A DNA stretch of 62,723 nucleotides, the filler included, from Globobulimina sp. (lineage: Eukaryota): NCBI GenBank assembly GCA_003354225.1. It is 10 parts of 10 records of this genome, joined end to end, with 100 filler letters (N's around TTAATTAATTAA, not from the genome) between each part and the next. Parts side by side here need not be neighbours in the genome. Positions count along the whole stretch, not along the records: positions 44,030 to 50,204 come from PIVH01000348.1; positions 50,305 to 56,464 come from PIVH01000349.1; 8 more parts are not named here. One strand, written 5' to 3'. A program made the translations under genes and the position numbers. How positions within the stretch are numbered: position 1 is the first letter of the stretch; each line of letters opens with the position of its first letter. The notes under the pieces are model-generated. The model made no database searches and was not told where the DNA came from. It worked only from the letters and a program-made list of their open reading frames with translations. Positions 44,171 through 56,564 of the stretch are shown in pieces.

Positions 44171-45775
44171 ATGTTGTGCTCAAAATTCAAAAGAGTTCCA
44201 ATTAATACCAATAACAGTTTGAAATCCATTTGCTGCATAACAGCTATCGTCATATCATTCTCATACATTTGCTTCATACTGATAACAACTATCTACATTA
44301 ATTATGCTGAAGAGGAAACAATACAAAAAAATGGAGACGGACATGTCGATGCATTTGAACGCATTTTCCTCAACGACCAATGCAATCTCACCATATCCGA
44401 GATTTGGGCCAACATCAGCAATTTTGACGTGTTCGAAAGGAATTCTCAATTGAACTTTGGTTCACTTGCAAAATTCCAACATGTTGCTGCTAAATTACGA
44501 AACGGTGTCTGTCTCAACGTCTTGACCCTCGGCGGCAGCAACAGTGATAAACGGTGGCAGAATCGCAACAACAAGTTTTTGTGGATGGAATGGTTCCAGG
44601 TCTACCTCAACACGCAATATCCCTGCAAAGGAAAGCACCAAGTCATCAATCGAGCTGCCTCCGCAACTGACTCTGAATGGTTTCTCAACCATTTTGAAGA
44701 AATTGTACTGGGGAAGCCATGGGAAAAAACAATTAACGGAGAGTACAACCATGGACCTAAGGAAAATGAGCACAATGTCAGCTTATGGGATATCGTTGTG
44801 GTTGAGTGGAGCACCAATGATGGAAATTATCCCGACGGAGTTTCTCCTGACCACAAAGTCGAGAGACAAATCGAATTAGTTTTTCGCAGCTTCAACGCTT
44901 TCCAACCTACGCCAAAGCCGCTGCTCTGGGCCTTTGAATTTGGATTCAGTGGCTGGGGTCAGTGTAAATCGTGTTTCTGCTCCGCGCAGGCGATTCACCA
45001 CAAATTGTTTACATACTACAACTATCCGATGACAAGCCAGGCCCACTCGATGTACCACCATTATTTCGACGAATATCCAAACGCAACGTGTGCAGAGGGA
45101 ATGAAAAAGCCAAAGCACTGGTATTGGGATGACAGTCATGGCACTGCCATAATTCATCAACTCGGAGGGTATTTGCTGTCACGTCATTTTGATGATATGT
45201 ATGGTGCCTATGACCATCGGAATGGTATACAGTTAGCAAACCGCATACCGCAGCCTTGGTATGTCAAAGAAAACGAGCATGAGTCCATAATCAGCACAAC
45301 TAAGAAAATGATCCGATTCGATAAAGCTGTGTTGCAGAGCCATAAAGCATTGACGACACATGGCTGGAGTCATAATTTCGAAACCAAGAAAAAGAAATTT
45401 GGACTCATTGCGAATGACTCATTTTCGACGATTGAGTTTGATGTTATGGGAGACGACTTTGTCTTCGTTGAACATCTGGTCACGTACGAAAATATTGGAG
45501 ACGCTCTCATTTGGTTTGATGGAAACTTGCAATGCGGGAAAGCAATCCTCAAACACAGAGCAAGAAGCATGGCGACAATGATGCAAAACGCAAACAATGA
45601 GCAAATATATCGGCTGCAAGGATTTGTTTCTGAACGGAAATCTGTTCCAAAAACTGCGAAATTTCAATTGAATGGTCGATTTGAGAAAATGAAGGTGTGC
45701 ACAGTGCCTACGAATCACGGAAGCAAATTCAAAATGTTATCGTTTCAGACAAAGAATCATTTTTTTTCTCTTTGA
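44171..45775 (+). CDS. Type II membrane SGNH/GDSL hydrolase-like protein
   Basis: N-terminal TM anchor; blocks LGGSNS, NRAASATDS, DIVVVEWSTND and DDSHG. Confidence 0.8.
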   Translation: MLCSKFKRVPINTNNSLKSICCITAIVISFSYICFILITTIYINYAEEETIQKNGDGHVDAFERIFLNDQCNLTISEIWANISNFDVFERNSQLNFGSLAKFQHVAAKLRNGVCLNVLTLGGSNSDKRWQNRNNKFLWMEWFQVYLNTQYPCKGKHQVINRAASATDSEWFLNHFEEIVLGKPWEKTINGEYNHGPKENEHNVSLWDIVVVEWSTNDGNYPDGVSPDHKVERQIELVFRSFNAFQPTPKPLLWAFEFGFSGWGQCKSCFCSAQAIHHKLFTYYNYPMTSQAHSMYHHYFDEYPNATCAEGMKKPKHWYWDDSHGTAIIHQLGGYLLSRHFDDMYGAYDHRNGIQLANRIPQPWYVKENEHESIISTTKKMIRFDKAVLQSHKALTTHGWSHNFETKKKKFGLIANDSFSTIEFDVMGDDFVFVEHLVTYENIGDALIWFDGNLQCGKAILKHRARSMATMMQNANNEQIYRLQGFVSERKSVPKTAKFQLNGRFEKMKVCTVPTNHGSKFKMLSFQTKNHFFSL

Positions 45776-46027
45776 ATTCCATTTTTTTTTCTTTTTTCTC
45801 TTTGAATTTCTATATTATTATGAGTTATTAAATGTGTTTATTTTAAATTTAATTATATAATCAATAATGTATGTTTCCATAAATAGTCGTTCATTTCCTG
45901 GCCTTTCTATTGAATGCTCTCGACACTAACTCTCGACTCGTCTTCGGTTGACGTACATCTATTTTCTTTTTTTATTGTTGTAATGTTTTGCATCTTATCT
46001 AAGTAAGAAACATCCACTCCAGACATC

Positions 46028-47869
46028 ATGCGTCCACTTTGGTTTTACAATCTATTTGTATCATTTACCACATGTTTCGATTGGATTATAGATATTGTTG
46101 TATTGATTGAATTAGCAACCTGGGAAAACGATGCACATTATATTTATTTTGCCATATCTCTTACAATCATCTTAATATCACGTATTGTTGCCCCTTTTTT
46201 TGCATTACGATATTACGATTACAAAGATACAAATTGTAATAAAAAATGTGTCTCCATTTTGTTATCATTTTTTTTATCACCAATATTACAATTTTACCAT
46301 ACAACAATTGATGATAAAATATCGGATTCATTGTTACATTGGAAACTATCAAAAGGCCAAGAATGGAGAAAAAACATTCATTTCACAACATTTCAAACCT
46401 ATACAAACAAGACATTGCAACTAAACTCAATCAATGCAGCACCGCACGGCTTATTGCAATCGTTACCAATGATGATTTTAATGCAAATTATTTTATTATT
46501 TGAAGAACTGGAATACGACGAAAACGAATTTGTTTGGCTAAACTTCTTCATATCACTCGCAACATTAATGTCATTGACACCAATTTACTGCAATTCATTT
46601 TATTACTGGCAACTAAATGGCAGCGATCATTATGACCTCTGGACATTTCTCTTTGTTCCATTCGCATTCTGCTGTGATTTATTATTTTTTCATTATATAA
46701 TCTCGTTCTTAGTATTTTACGACGTCATTTTACCAGATATGTCGTTCTCGTTTGAAACAGAACCAAATTGGAAAATTATTCAATCTTTTTGGTTTTTCGT
46801 ATTATTTTATGTTTTTATTGTGATTTCAATTATTATTCTCGTTGTGTTTGCGTCCTTAATCATTTGGCTTATATATAACATAATATTTACAGATGATTTA
46901 CAATGTAATATTGCATTATGTTTATATTTTTTTGTTGGTGTAATAGTCTGTATATTCATCGTACCTATTTTTATATTTATTATATGTTTCTGTTTAATAT
47001 TTTTTAATATGATATGGTGGATAAAGTTGACCCAAGTAATGGTACAAAAATGGCCGTTACCAAAAGTTGAATTGTGGCAGCAAATAATGTGTTGGTTGAA
47101 AAAATACCAAAATATCAACGATTTAAAATTAAGATTATTATGCGTTAATTATCATATATTGGCGGATCGGAGAGATTTCATACAAAAGGAAGTTGATTTG
47201 TTTTCGGATAGTTATAGTTTCAAAAGGATTCGTCGAGTCTGCAATGTTGAAAGTGATAAGTTTCCTTTATGGCATTTATTCGAATGGGGCGGCGTTATTA
47301 TTGATAGAATTACGTTTGTTTTGTTAATAAGTTTAGGTCCGATCTATTTATTGACGCGACTCTGTTTGAGTGTGTTGCCGATCATTGGATTTTGTTTGAG
47401 TATGGAGCTCAATTATCATTTGTTTGAACATTCACTTGTTGCGATAAGCTTGATTTACATCATTTGCTTTACTGCCACAATAATGCTGTTACCAATGGTT
47501 GGATTTCATTTTTATGTTTTGTACCATATTGCACCGGGTTTATATAATTTAGATTGCCATGGATTATTTTATTCATATTTACCAGCAAAAGATAAAATAT
47601 GTGCCATCAGAATGTCATATAATAACGTACTGGATAATGGTAACGTAAATTGGAATGTTTTGTTGGATAAATACTTTCAGAAACAACGAGTTGTAGAGGT
47701 TATTATTTTATATTTAGGTGGGTCATTATTTGTTGATTATTCTGTGATTAATGTGCCTGGAGATTGTCAACCACTAACTCAACCACAGGATGATGGTAAT
47801 CAGGAAACTCAACAGTTGAATGAAATGGAAAGGGAGCTCCATACAGTTACTCCGTGTTATGTTGACTAA
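46028..47869 (+). CDS. Multi-pass membrane protein (possibly XK-related)
   Basis: 613-aa ORF with many TM helices; FDWIIDIVV and LLQSLPMMIL resemble XK-family motifs. Confidence 0.65.
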   Translation: MRPLWFYNLFVSFTTCFDWIIDIVVLIELATWENDAHYIYFAISLTIILISRIVAPFFALRYYDYKDTNCNKKCVSILLSFFLSPILQFYHTTIDDKISDSLLHWKLSKGQEWRKNIHFTTFQTYTNKTLQLNSINAAPHGLLQSLPMMILMQIILLFEELEYDENEFVWLNFFISLATLMSLTPIYCNSFYYWQLNGSDHYDLWTFLFVPFAFCCDLLFFHYIISFLVFYDVILPDMSFSFETEPNWKIIQSFWFFVLFYVFIVISIIILVVFASLIIWLIYNIIFTDDLQCNIALCLYFFVGVIVCIFIVPIFIFIICFCLIFFNMIWWIKLTQVMVQKWPLPKVELWQQIMCWLKKYQNINDLKLRLLCVNYHILADRRDFIQKEVDLFSDSYSFKRIRRVCNVESDKFPLWHLFEWGGVIIDRITFVLLISLGPIYLLTRLCLSVLPIIGFCLSMELNYHLFEHSLVAISLIYIICFTATIMLLPMVGFHFYVLYHIAPGLYNLDCHGLFYSYLPAKDKICAIRMSYNNVLDNGNVNWNVLLDKYFQKQRVVEVIILYLGGSLFVDYSVINVPGDCQPLTQPQDDGNQETQQLNEMERELHTVTPCYVD

Positions 47870-48014
47870 GAAAACTCCGTAAATGTCATTGAACGTTGAC
47901 CTACTTTTTTAATCAAGCAATCGATCACAACACAGAGTCGGACGTTGATCCTGCAATTATTAATTCAATCTAAATTAGAAAAGCTGTTATGTTACAAACT
48001 CATTACCAGTCCAG

Positions 48015-49001
48015 CTACCACTCATTAACTTTCTTGGCAAATTCATAGCCACCAACCTTGCCACCGCCTCTTCGTTTACCTTTTTTCGATTTGGTCCTTC
48101 CAGCATTCCATATTTTACTCCTTCCATGTTTATGAAACAAGACTTTATTATTTAATTGATTTTGTACTCTCAGTCCTCTTTCCAAAAATAAGTCTTTTTT
48201 ATCCTCAAACGCAGTCTGTTTGTTTTTCATCATTCGCTGGAATTCGGCGTAATTTCTTTGACGTCGTTTGTTTGGCGCACCCAACGAAAACCGCAACCTT
48301 CTGTTAAACGCACCATTGTTGAATAACAAGCTTTTCTTCTTCCTTTCGGTGTTTGTCGCAGTCATTATTTCTTTCAGAAATTGCAAGTTATTTCGTGCCA
48401 ACTTACTGATTCTTTCCTTGCTTTTTATCATAGAGTGGTCCTTTCGGCTTCTATCAATCATGAAATTCTGTCGCATTAACTCGGAATTCATAAATGGACC
48501 TTCTTTCAAAGTGTTTTTCTTTTTGTTTTTGAATAATGTCCGAACATTATTGTTTTTAATGTATGCCAATGACGATTTTTTTGCATTCCTTCTTTTATCA
48601 AATCTACTGATTTTTGGTGAATCTGAATATCTAAAAACTGTTTGTTGCCTCACATCTAAATATTCGACATCATCAGCTGATGGTTCCAGTGCTTTATGTT
48701 TGGAAGCATCCGGATCATAATCTGAGTCATTTATGAATGAATTGACATCTTCATCTTTGGAGTTGTTTTCTATAGATTTGCTGACTTGTGATTTTCTGCT
48801 GCGATTGCGACGTTTCGTTGCCTTTTGACGGATGATCTTTGGTGGCGATTGCAGTCGTTTAGCAGTCAGTTCCCTGCTTTTGTTTTTCCATTGATTGTGC
48901 TTAAAATGGGAGTCAATGTCGATGCTATCAAATTCTTCTTTGTATTTACGGACTGTTTCAGCCAGTTCATCAGCAATGCTACCTCCAAATAAAACAGACA
49001 T
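48015..49001 (-). CDS. Lys/Arg-rich hypothetical (nucleolar-like) protein
   Basis: Long, highly basic ORF; likely start MSVLFGG. Confidence 0.6.
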   Translation of the reverse strand: MSVLFGGSIADELAETVRKYKEEFDSIDIDSHFKHNQWKNKSRELTAKRLQSPPKIIRQKATKRRNRSRKSQVSKSIENNSKDEDVNSFINDSDYDPDASKHKALEPSADDVEYLDVRQQTVFRYSDSPKISRFDKRRNAKKSSLAYIKNNNVRTLFKNKKKNTLKEGPFMNSELMRQNFMIDRSRKDHSMIKSKERISKLARNNLQFLKEIMTATNTERKKKSLLFNNGAFNRRLRFSLGAPNKRRQRNYAEFQRMMKNKQTAFEDKKDLFLERGLRVQNQLNNKVLFHKHGRSKIWNAGRTKSKKGKRRGGGKVGGYEFAKKVNEW

Positions 49002-49156
49002 GTTAAGTGCAAAGAAAAACTGTTGACTAGTTTTCGCTGATAGCATATGTCAAAAACGTTTCAGAAATAATCTCAAAGCAGGGAGCCCTGTGCAAGGATA
49101 ACAACTACAAACAAATTAACATTATCAATATGTCACAACATTTCAAAAAAAGTATA

Positions 49157-49681
49157 TTAAATTATTCCCGCGGAATTCTCTTTGATTTCAGACTCATATC
49201 GAAGTGCACATCTTTCATAGCCATCAAGTAATTTTTTTTGCCAACCATCTGGTGTTAACGCTAACTTTTCAATTCCTTTTGGATTTGCCCATCTATCCTT
49301 TTCCAATTGATACTTATCCAACTCATCAAAGCCAAAATAAAAATATCCGGTATTTCTGTTAACATATAATTCAGAATTATTTAAACCAGATTCTGGCGAT
49401 CTATACGTTAATGTTAATGAAGCCGGATCATAAATTAAATTTGCTTTATCCGTCCTATCCAAACCGACTCTGTCTCCGTCCAATGACATGAAGTAATCTT
49501 TAAATTTGCCAGAAGTGACTTGGTATGATATGGTTCCATCATTGTTATCAATCTCACAAAATTGTGCTCGCGGTGTGCCACCACTGAAGTTTGTTTTTCT
49601 TAATCCTCCACCCTTTGCAATAGAAAAATATCCCACTTGTGTTCTTAACCAAAACCACGAAACTGAACTGCTGCTACTCGC
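49157..49681 (-). CDS. Hypothetical protein, last exon
   Basis: Open frame downstream of a TAG acceptor at 49683-49682. Confidence 0.45.
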   Translation of the reverse strand, partial: ASSSSSVSWFWLRTQVGYFSIAKGGGLRKTNFSGGTPRAQFCEIDNNDGTISYQVTSGKFKDYFMSLDGDRVGLDRTDKANLIYDPASLTLTYRSPESGLNNSELYVNRNTGYFYFGFDELDKYQLEKDRWANPKGIEKLALTPDGWQKKLLDGYERCALRYESEIKENSAGII

Positions 49682-50304
49682 CTATGCAATGCATATGCAA
49701 TAAAATATCATTTAATTATATAGTAGTTATAAGTGCATATACATTTAAATTAACTAATCGCCGCGAAGTTATATTGTACGATGTTGAATACAATATGTTA
49801 GAATGAAATGTGCGTCTCCACAGTGACATGATTGCAATTTAACACTAGGTTTTTTTAATCAGTGATCTGTCAGTCGCTACACTATAATGACTATATACAA
49901 GTAATTCTATAGTAAACACAAAAATAAAATAGAATTATAATATTTATAATAGATCGATATTCACAATTTGATAAACTCACTTTTGTTTGGTCTAAAAATT
50001 ACAGGGTTTTCAAATGTTGGTTGGTTATGACAAAGCTTTATCATGACTTTTTTTTCCTTATCATGACTTTTTTTTTCTTTGTCATGACAAACCAACATTT
50101 GAAAACTCTGAAAAATTAACACATAACAAAAGTAAGCTATCAATGGTCGAGATTGGAGCGTTATACATTTTGTCATTTAATCCCATTATCTTTATCATTT
50201 CCCANNNNNNNNNNNNNNNNNNNNNNNNNNNNNNNNNNNNNNNNNNNNTTAATTAATTAANNNNNNNNNNNNNNNNNNNNNNNNNNNNNNNNNNNNNNNN
50301 NNNN

Positions 50305-50842
50305 CAGAGATGTTTTTAATAATAATATTATAGGTATTAAGTTTATGGATTTTTGTTATTTGAGCTGTCCATTCAATACGTTCATCTTTGGCTAATTTGA
50401 AATCGCGTTTACAGGTTAAAATAAATGCATTTGCATAGAAAGTTGGATCGCCATTTTTTTTACGTACGGGTATAGTGTCCATTTTATTACTTTTAATCAT
50501 ATTAAGTAAGTTGCAGAGATATGCTCCTTTTGTGAATATTTCAAACATTGCAGAGGTACTTTCTCCCAATGATTCACCGGTAATGGACTCGCACCAAATT
50601 TTGATTTTTGACGCCTGTTTTTCATCATAATCGGTGTCATATATTATTTTCTGTTCATATTCACATTTTTTCTCTTCTGTTTTTAATAGTTGCTTTGTTG
50701 AGTGATTAGAATTGTTTCTTGCCAGTAATCTCTTGATTATTTCCCTTTTTCCACCTTGGCTCGATATTCTCAATGACTTGCATTTCTTTTTCAACACAGC
50801 CACACTCAATTTCATCAAATCCGACTGGCTGTGGGTGCTCAT
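50305..50842 (-). CDS. SAP-domain protein with a calponin-homology-like region, 3'-truncated
   Basis: LMKLSVAVLKKKCKSLRISSQGGKREIIKRL (SAP); IKIWCESITGE..GAYLCNLLNMIK (CH-like). Confidence 0.7.
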
Positions 50843-51031
50843 TCTGTTGACTGTTGTAACTGAGACTTTTAGTAAGATTTAAAAACAAATATCAACGGCA
50901 AATTTGTAGTCGGATTCCTGTGTGAACATGTTTTTAGGAATGAACTTTAAAATAATCTTAATTAATTACACATTTTTATGTTTTTAAACAACAACAAACC
51001 GTTGCTAAACCTTGTAAACACCGAACCAAAC

Positions 51032-52504
51032 TTACACTGAAACACAACGATATTTGTGAATATTATTCCAATGTATTTTTTGATGTGATTTACTGCAATA
51101 CCATTCTTTTTTACATTTGCCACAACATTTCAAAATAATATTTGTACCATGACACCATGCACATTGTTTCTGATCAAAATGAACATATTTCCGTGCAGCA
51201 ACACCCGTATTTAACAGTAATTTAATATCTTTGCGTTTCAACCGAGGACTGAATGATTTCAAATATAGTGCAAACTTGTTATCTCCATAGATTTTATGTA
51301 TTGCACCAAATTTTAATATTTTGGCAATCAGAGCAATTGTTTTATTATGCCATTTTGATTTTTTTTTATTGCTTAAAATTTTACATAACACAGCAATAAC
51401 TCCATGATGTCCCATATATATTATTGCATGATCAATATCGCAAAATGTTTTCAAACGATACAATGTATCTTGTATTATAACATTATTATTACTCAATAAC
51501 TCTTTGATTAATATGCGATAAAAAAATAATTCGAGATATCCAACGCTATGAATACTCTCAGAAAATATAATTTTAAACACGCCATTGTATGCCATTTGTC
51601 TGCTTTGTAGATTTGATGATGTTAAAGAAGTTAGAAACGATTTTGAAATGATTGGATATTTGGCTAAGTTAAAAACACAGTCAGATTGATGAGCAGATAT
51701 AAAGCAGCAAACAGCATTTAATGCAGCATCAATTACATGTTGATCCTCAGGATATAATTTCAGAAAATAAGTAAGATTATCGACTGCAACTGCACAATCT
51801 CCCAAATAGCTAAGACACAAATCAACGATATCATAATCACAATGAGATATACCAGCATCACGGCAAAAACTCAGGCATATAATGACACTCTTACTTCCTT
51901 TGTAAATAAACATGTATCGATATAGATTATAATATGTATTAGAAACAAGTATTGCAACTCCGGGATCATTATTAATTCGAATCAAAATATCCAATAATCC
52001 CAATATCTGCATTTTATATGAAAATTCAGTCATATTATACTTCCATGTAAGTGCTTCCAAAGCCGATACGATGCGTCGAGTCAAAATAGTATCATTTATA
52101 TGGCAATCACTACGCAATAAATGTTCTAAATGGTTTAGAATCTGATAATGATCCAATAATATATCTCTCATAACTAACGACTCGAGAGCTATATTGCATA
52201 TTATATCGAGTGCCTTTATTTTAATCCAATTGGATCCGGATTTTGATGACAATTTCTGAATAACCAGAGGAATTATATCATATTCGATTATTGAGGCTAT
52301 ATGTTTCTTTTGATATGATTTTGATAATCTAACCAATGCATTCATGCATAAAACCAGTAATTCTTCATTTTCTGGCGGTGGTGTTTCTGTTTGAATTAGT
52401 ATGTTTACACTTTGCTGAATTGCTCCGGAATTCAATAATGTATCAATTGATTTATATAACAAAACAGATTTTATCATTTGCAATTTTTGGTTTGATGAAG
52501 ACAT
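51032..52504 (-). CDS. Armadillo-like repeat protein with a C-terminal MYND zinc finger
   Basis: CAWC..CCGKCKKEWYCSKSHQKIHWNNIHKYRC; helical ARM-like repeats. Confidence 0.85.
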   Translation of the reverse strand: MSSSNQKLQMIKSVLLYKSIDTLLNSGAIQQSVNILIQTETPPPENEELLVLCMNALVRLSKSYQKKHIASIIEYDIIPLVIQKLSSKSGSNWIKIKALDIICNIALESLVMRDILLDHYQILNHLEHLLRSDCHINDTILTRRIVSALEALTWKYNMTEFSYKMQILGLLDILIRINNDPGVAILVSNTYYNLYRYMFIYKGSKSVIICLSFCRDAGISHCDYDIVDLCLSYLGDCAVAVDNLTYFLKLYPEDQHVIDAALNAVCCFISAHQSDCVFNLAKYPIISKSFLTSLTSSNLQSRQMAYNGVFKIIFSESIHSVGYLELFFYRILIKELLSNNNVIIQDTLYRLKTFCDIDHAIIYMGHHGVIAVLCKILSNKKKSKWHNKTIALIAKILKFGAIHKIYGDNKFALYLKSFSPRLKRKDIKLLLNTGVAARKYVHFDQKQCAWCHGTNIILKCCGKCKKEWYCSKSHQKIHWNNIHKYRCVSV

Positions 52505-52672
52505 GCTGAGAATTTAGAGGCTATGAAACCATCATTTTATGAAATGCTTTGATAACAGTTCAAACTGAAAGCCTTTAATATTTATATATAATTACAAAAA
52601 CAAAAAATTCTAAAATCGCAATATTTCTTTTATTTTATAAACTTATAATGAATTACCCTCATAGCATATGTA

Positions 52673-55181
52673 TCATCTTAACATTGCTAATCTTTTTCTT
52701 AAATTGTCTTCATCGGTGTTGCTTACTGTATTTACAATTGTTGTTGTTGTATAACTTGTCTTTGCTGAATTTGTATTTGCTGTAGTATTGCTACTAATTA
52801 TTTTTTCAATAAATTCAATTTCTTTTTTTAAATCATCATCATTACATTTTTGCATTTCTTTTTTGAAATAAATTAAAAATTTACTAAATAACTCTTTATA
52901 TTTATTGTTAATTTTCAGTGGGCCACTTTGTGTATTTTTAATCCATTCAATCATTAATTCCACATATTTACATAATAAAATTCCTTTTCTTATTCCTGTA
53001 TTATCATAAAAATTGCATTTTAAATCAATCTCTTTTTCTTCACTCTCATTATTTTCAATCATATCATTTTTATTTACATTATCATTCAATTTTGGTGCTT
53101 CAAATGTTACAATTTGTTGATTTTTATATTTTTTACCGTTTCTATCTTCAAAACTTACCTCAATTTCAACATTAATGTTATCATCATTATTAATGTTTTT
53201 TTTTAATTTAATTAATTGTATTCCACCTTTTGTCCCTCCGCCTTTTTTTTGTGCTCTTTTTTTTGCAGGAAATAATGTATGGATTTTTGTTATTGCTCCA
53301 GTTGTTATGATTTCATTTGCTTTCAAATCATTTGAACCATACACTTTTTCAATTTGACATGAATTTCCTTCGGATTTTAATTGTAATAAAACATTAAATA
53401 CCAACGGAGTTACCATATATTCAAAATCTTCATCCATTCTTTCAGTAAAATCTTTTGTCGATTTAACAGAATAATAATTACAACCTCTTGTTTGCGATAT
53501 TTCCTCGCATAAATTCGCATAAAAATCTAATCCAATACCAATAAACTGTACATGTATAAACATAGCATTATAATTATATCATTTACATAAAAACTAAACT
53601 GTTGTATAAATACGATTTTTATCTCTTTGCTCAGCATCGTTTTTAACATATTTTAACAAATTTGGGTCACTGCAACCAATATGAATTTGTGCATCGGTTA
53701 GAAATATAATTCGATTTTCATATTCTTTATTATCATACTCATTTTCTTTAAATAATTGATCATATTCTTCATTTTCATATTCTTTAAATAATTGATCATA
53801 ATATTTTATGGCTGCTTTGTATGCCAAACAAAATTCATTTTCTCCGCCTGGCTTCACATTTAATATTTTGGCCTCCAATGCATTCATATTAATATCAGAA
53901 ATAAATTCCAATTCTTGAACAGTTTCAACCACACTGTCAAACACAATAAAACTAAATCTATCCGCTGTTGTTAAATGTTTTAATAAAGCTACACATGCTT
54001 CATTTGCAACATTCATTTTTGTTTTATTTATGGAGTCACCATGAAATCTTGAACTCATCGAACCAGATCTATCTAATATGATTATTAAATTTAAATGTTT
54101 TCTTTTGAACTCATCCATTTTGATATTTGAATTTAAACCAACTGTCATATAATATTCATATTTATTATTATCCACCTTTTCTTCTACAAAATTAATTTTT
54201 TTTGTCTTTGCATAACAATATGATGGATAAAATAACATTGAATCATCTTTTTTTTCATCATCTTTATGAACATCAACATGTTTTCGTGTTTCTGTATCAA
54301 AATAATATTCGTAAAATAATCCGTTATACGTAATTGAGCTAAGTGAGGGCATAATATTGTTTTCAATACATTTTCGAAAATTATTTACATCCTTTGAGCC
54401 GCCAACAGATAAACCAATGGTAATATTACTGTTATTTGTATTTGATGTCCTTGAACTCATAGCACTCAATGACGCAAGTCTTGAACTCATATCACTACAT
54501 TCATCAGAAATTGCATATGATTTTGTCATAGGCGCAGCAGATACAAATTGTTCCCTTACTGATAGACCAATTTCATCCATTATTCTTTCAATCTCTTCGT
54601 CTTCATTGTCACTGTACGCCTCTACTACATCATCCATCATATCGTTTATTAATTCGTTGTTCACTAAATATTGTTTGATTATTTGCTTATATATATTAAT
54701 ATATACACAGTATATTGTTTCATTTATTGTTTATGCGAATCGCATGTATTAGTTACTGAACTTCCAATTGATGCAATTTGATAATATTTGATAAGGAATT
54801 ATAACAATTAGACGTTGCTTTTAATGTTGCTTGTTTTACACAAAAATCAGCATCGATTTCAAGACCTAATTGCTTTAATAACGATCTTAATTTATATAAT
54901 TTTGTTTCAGCATTTCTCCGATGTACAATGTCTTTACATAATTCTTTAACTGCTTTCATCTGTCCTTGTTTTGATAATCGTTTGGCTTCATTTTGAGCTT
55001 TTTTCTATGTATTTAAGTGAGTGAATATTATGTTTGATGATAATTATATATATTACATAAAGTTTACGGTTTCTCGTTTATTTCGATTAAGTTCACGGTC
55101 AATTTCTCTAATACATCGCCTTATTGTTCTTTTATTTTCTCTTCCTGTTTGCTTCATGTTTTTGTCGGTGGAGGAACTCAT
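52673..55181 (-). CDS. ESCRT-III (CHMP2/CHMP3-like) and vWA domain fusion protein, 4 exons
   Basis: ATG at 55181; intron 55067..55005 joins IREIDRELNRNKRET to KKAQNEAKRLSKQGQMKAVKELCKDIV. ORF 53594-54664 carries the acidic helix and the vWA MIDAS (DRSGSM, FLTDA). The last exon starts FIGIGLDF and ends DNLRKRLAMLR. Second intron borders are uncertain. Confidence 0.75.
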
Positions 55182-55249
55182 TATCTGTGGCTTTGGATTT
55201 CGCTCAAATTTTAAGTAACGTTTTTAATTGACTGTCACACAAATAAATA

Positions 55250-56464
55250 TCATACGACAATATGTGCAAATACTGTGTTTGTAGTCCAATTCTTTTGTGT
55301 TTGTGCTGGAGTCAAAAGTGATTGGCAATGTTTCAAGAATACTTTTTTATCCTCATATTGCGTGATGCCCAGACGATGAATATCATGTTTGTCTAAATCT
55401 GGTAGAAAAACGCCTTTCATTTTCTCAATTCGTAAATGCTTATCCAATGAATGAATATATTTCATAAACCTTCCGCCATCCAAATATTTTACCCAATCAA
55501 CAATATCATTATGAGACCAATCTTTATAATCCGATGTATCATTTAATATTTTATATTTTTCTCTTTCTAATAAATCCAAATATTTCTCATTCAGTTCATT
55601 ATATAAAACATTTATTTTCTCAAACTTTTCTTTCCATTCTTTATTTGAATTATGTTGTTTTTTTATGCTTTGCAAAGTCTCTCGAACAGAAACTAAATCT
55701 TGTGTTAATTTATTATTTGTGGATTTTAATACATTTATTGTGTCTTCGTAATGTTTATCATCACGTATCTTCATATTAGATTGTAATGTTTCTTTTTCTT
55801 CAAACGAATTTTGGATGGAATGATGGTTTAAAATATTATTATTATTGATTGGTGATAGTATTTGGGATAATTTTATTTTCCAATGTTTATCCTGATCCGC
55901 ACCAAATAAATGAATATCATTTGTTGAGGTTATGACTGCAAAATATTTTGATTTTTTCGGACATTTTATTGCCGATTTTGTCCATTTCCAGTTCGATGTG
56001 TTTAAGATCCAAATGGCATCTTTTAATCCCGATGCAGTTTTACCACCAAATATTAAAATATAATTCTCATCAAAAGTTTTGATGCAACCAAAGGAACACA
56101 TTTTGTATGGAAGGGTGGCATTCTTTAATTTGTTCCATTTATAATCAATAATATTGGCTATGTTTTGAGTGGTTTGGCAGACCCAAATATCCTTTAAATA
56201 TCCACCAAAAATCGTATTATCTCTCCCACCAAACATTAGTATTTGATTAAGAGCTTTTATTGTGATTAAGGAATGTCCGTACAATGATTGCCTTTTATCT
56301 CTGTCACCAATCTGGTTTTGTATAAACCTATTTATTTTATTCTGTTTCTCTCCGTTTATCCAAACACTATGATATGCAAAGGAGTAACCACCAATTGCAT
56401 GCATTGTATTATTTAATTGACATAATTCCACAAATCCTCCTGTCTCGCAATCCAAACCTTGTGG
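55250..56464 (-). CDS. Kelch-repeat, coiled-coil and SAM domain protein, 5'-truncated
   Basis: HAIGG, LMFGG and LIFGG kelch blades; WSHNDIVDWV..LGITQ (SAM). Confidence 0.85.
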   Translation of the reverse strand, partial: PQGLDCETGGFVELCQLNNTMHAIGGYSFAYHSVWINGEKQNKINRFIQNQIGDRDKRQSLYGHSLITIKALNQILMFGGRDNTIFGGYLKDIWVCQTTQNIANIIDYKWNKLKNATLPYKMCSFGCIKTFDENYILIFGGKTASGLKDAIWILNTSNWKWTKSAIKCPKKSKYFAVITSTNDIHLFGADQDKHWKIKLSQILSPINNNNILNHHSIQNSFEEKETLQSNMKIRDDKHYEDTINVLKSTNNKLTQDLVSVRETLQSIKKQHNSNKEWKEKFEKINVLYNELNEKYLDLLEREKYKILNDTSDYKDWSHNDIVDWVKYLDGGRFMKYIHSLDKHLRIEKMKGVFLPDLDKHDIHRLGITQYEDKKVFLKHCQSLLTPAQTQKNWTTNTVFAHIVV

Positions 56465-56564
56465 NNNNNNNNNNNNNNNNNNNNNNNNNNNNNNNNNNNN
56501 NNNNNNNNTTAATTAATTAANNNNNNNNNNNNNNNNNNNNNNNNNNNNNNNNNNNNNNNNNNNN

